DNA from: Paraphysomonas bandaiensis
Taxonomy: Eukaryota; Protista; Chrysophyceae
DNA: 64,000 nucleotides
Direction: 5' to 3'
Assembly: GCA_965644295.1 (NCBI GenBank)
Contig: CBFFRP010000133.1
Location: 248,001-312,000 of the forward strand
The notes beneath the pieces are model-generated. The model did no database searches and was not told where the DNA came from. It saw only the letters and a list, made by a program, of their open reading frames with translations. Below, one piece after another: positions 63,101 through 64,000 of the stretch. Positions within the stretch are counted from its first letter, which is position 1; every line of letters starts with the position of its first letter. Position numbers and translations under genes: made by a program.

Positions 63101-64000
63101 ATATGCTGCGTTATGACCAGAGGCAAGCGCTGATACGCTGTACTTGAAGTCTCTCAACACTGATATGTGGTCCCTGAAAAACACAATTAAAGTAATAAGG
63201 TATTTCAGCACAGGATATTGCATTTACGTCTCTGAAGGTAGTCTACACGACATGACACATGATAGATGAGATAAGACAGTCACACCTGTCATCAAATACT
63301 TTACTCATTCGGCCATCAATACACTCCACTATTATCAACTTCTCCGATGGTATCCCGCTCAATTTCCCTGTCATTGAATTAATCCAACGTATGTCGTTGT
63401 CAATTAGCTATATATACCAAGTGCAGCCTTAACATCGCCGACGTCGCCTAGTTTAGGGACGTTTACGCAGTACCTCATGACGGTCGACCGCTCTCTTTGA
63501 AAATGCTTATGTCAGCTGGGCTTGCCCCTTTACCATACGAAATTACGTACCTAATAAGGTCTATAAACTCAGTCATGGTATAGGCATCATCTGCTTCGTA
63601 AGCAGAGTACGGCATGCGGGGGAAATGAGGCATTTTACGGACCAAACATATCGACAATTGTTTCTCAGAGTGCTTCGGAAGAGGGACGGAGAGTAACATA
63701 AAGGGGTCGAAAGCTCTACACATACCCCATATAAAAAACAAAATACAAATTTCGTGGGCTACCTCGAGACTTTATGGCACACTTGGCACGTTACTTCCGA
63801 CATGATCTGACCTTGAAAAAGGTCTACCATCACAGACCTGTTTCGAGCCAAATGACGCTGCCATGCATCCGCGGCTTGCTCCTATTGTCAGTCATCAACT
63901 TAGTTCTTACGAACAGGACAGTGCTGTACCTCAAGTGTCATTTTATCCCACACACTATCTTCAGGTGCACTGATATAAGGCTTAGATACTACTCGGTTGA
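60161..64000 (-). CDS. Ubiquitin-specific protease (USP4/11/15-like), 3' part, many introns; continues past the window end
   Basis: SVMVDLFQGQ..TC.VC..FDPFMLLSVPLP, LTDCLKAFTSDEEL..WYC, LPDILVIHIKRF, YDLYGVSNHIGGMNGGHYTAF, AYVLFYKR. Confidence 0.93.

Overview
Eukaryotic nuclear DNA with short GT-AG introns; the gene set suggests a stramenopile, possibly chrysophyte-like (inference). The window opens with a ~7.4 kb, highly homogeneous 122-bp satellite (~60 copies). About 13 protein genes follow, in order: adenosine kinase; a giant SAM-SAM/tyrosine-kinase-like/ARM/PX/WD40 protein; its head-to-head neighbour, a helical-bundle/EF-hand-like/SH2 protein; a SAM-methyltransferase; a 7TM GPCR; SPX-EXS; an internally duplicated putative DNA-binding protein; PAN3; SulP/SLC26; DUF2828 (vWA); a Pol-beta nucleotidyltransferase fused to a TM helix and Ig domains; a TPR protein; and the 3' part of a USP deubiquitinase. 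Intergenic DNA is dense in transposon debris (solo LTRs of several families, Copia and Gypsy remnants, hAT and CACTA elements, a 151-bp MITE family). The two best candidates for an undescribed system are (1) the divergently transcribed tyrosine-kinase plus SH2 pair at 14.5-23.9 kb, where the kinase carries YxxL/I motifs and the SH2 partner has an MLKL/Cbl-like N-terminal helical bundle, and (2) the receptor-like NTase-TM-Ig protein at 49.2-53.0 kb. All domain calls come from motif recognition by eye; no database searches were run.
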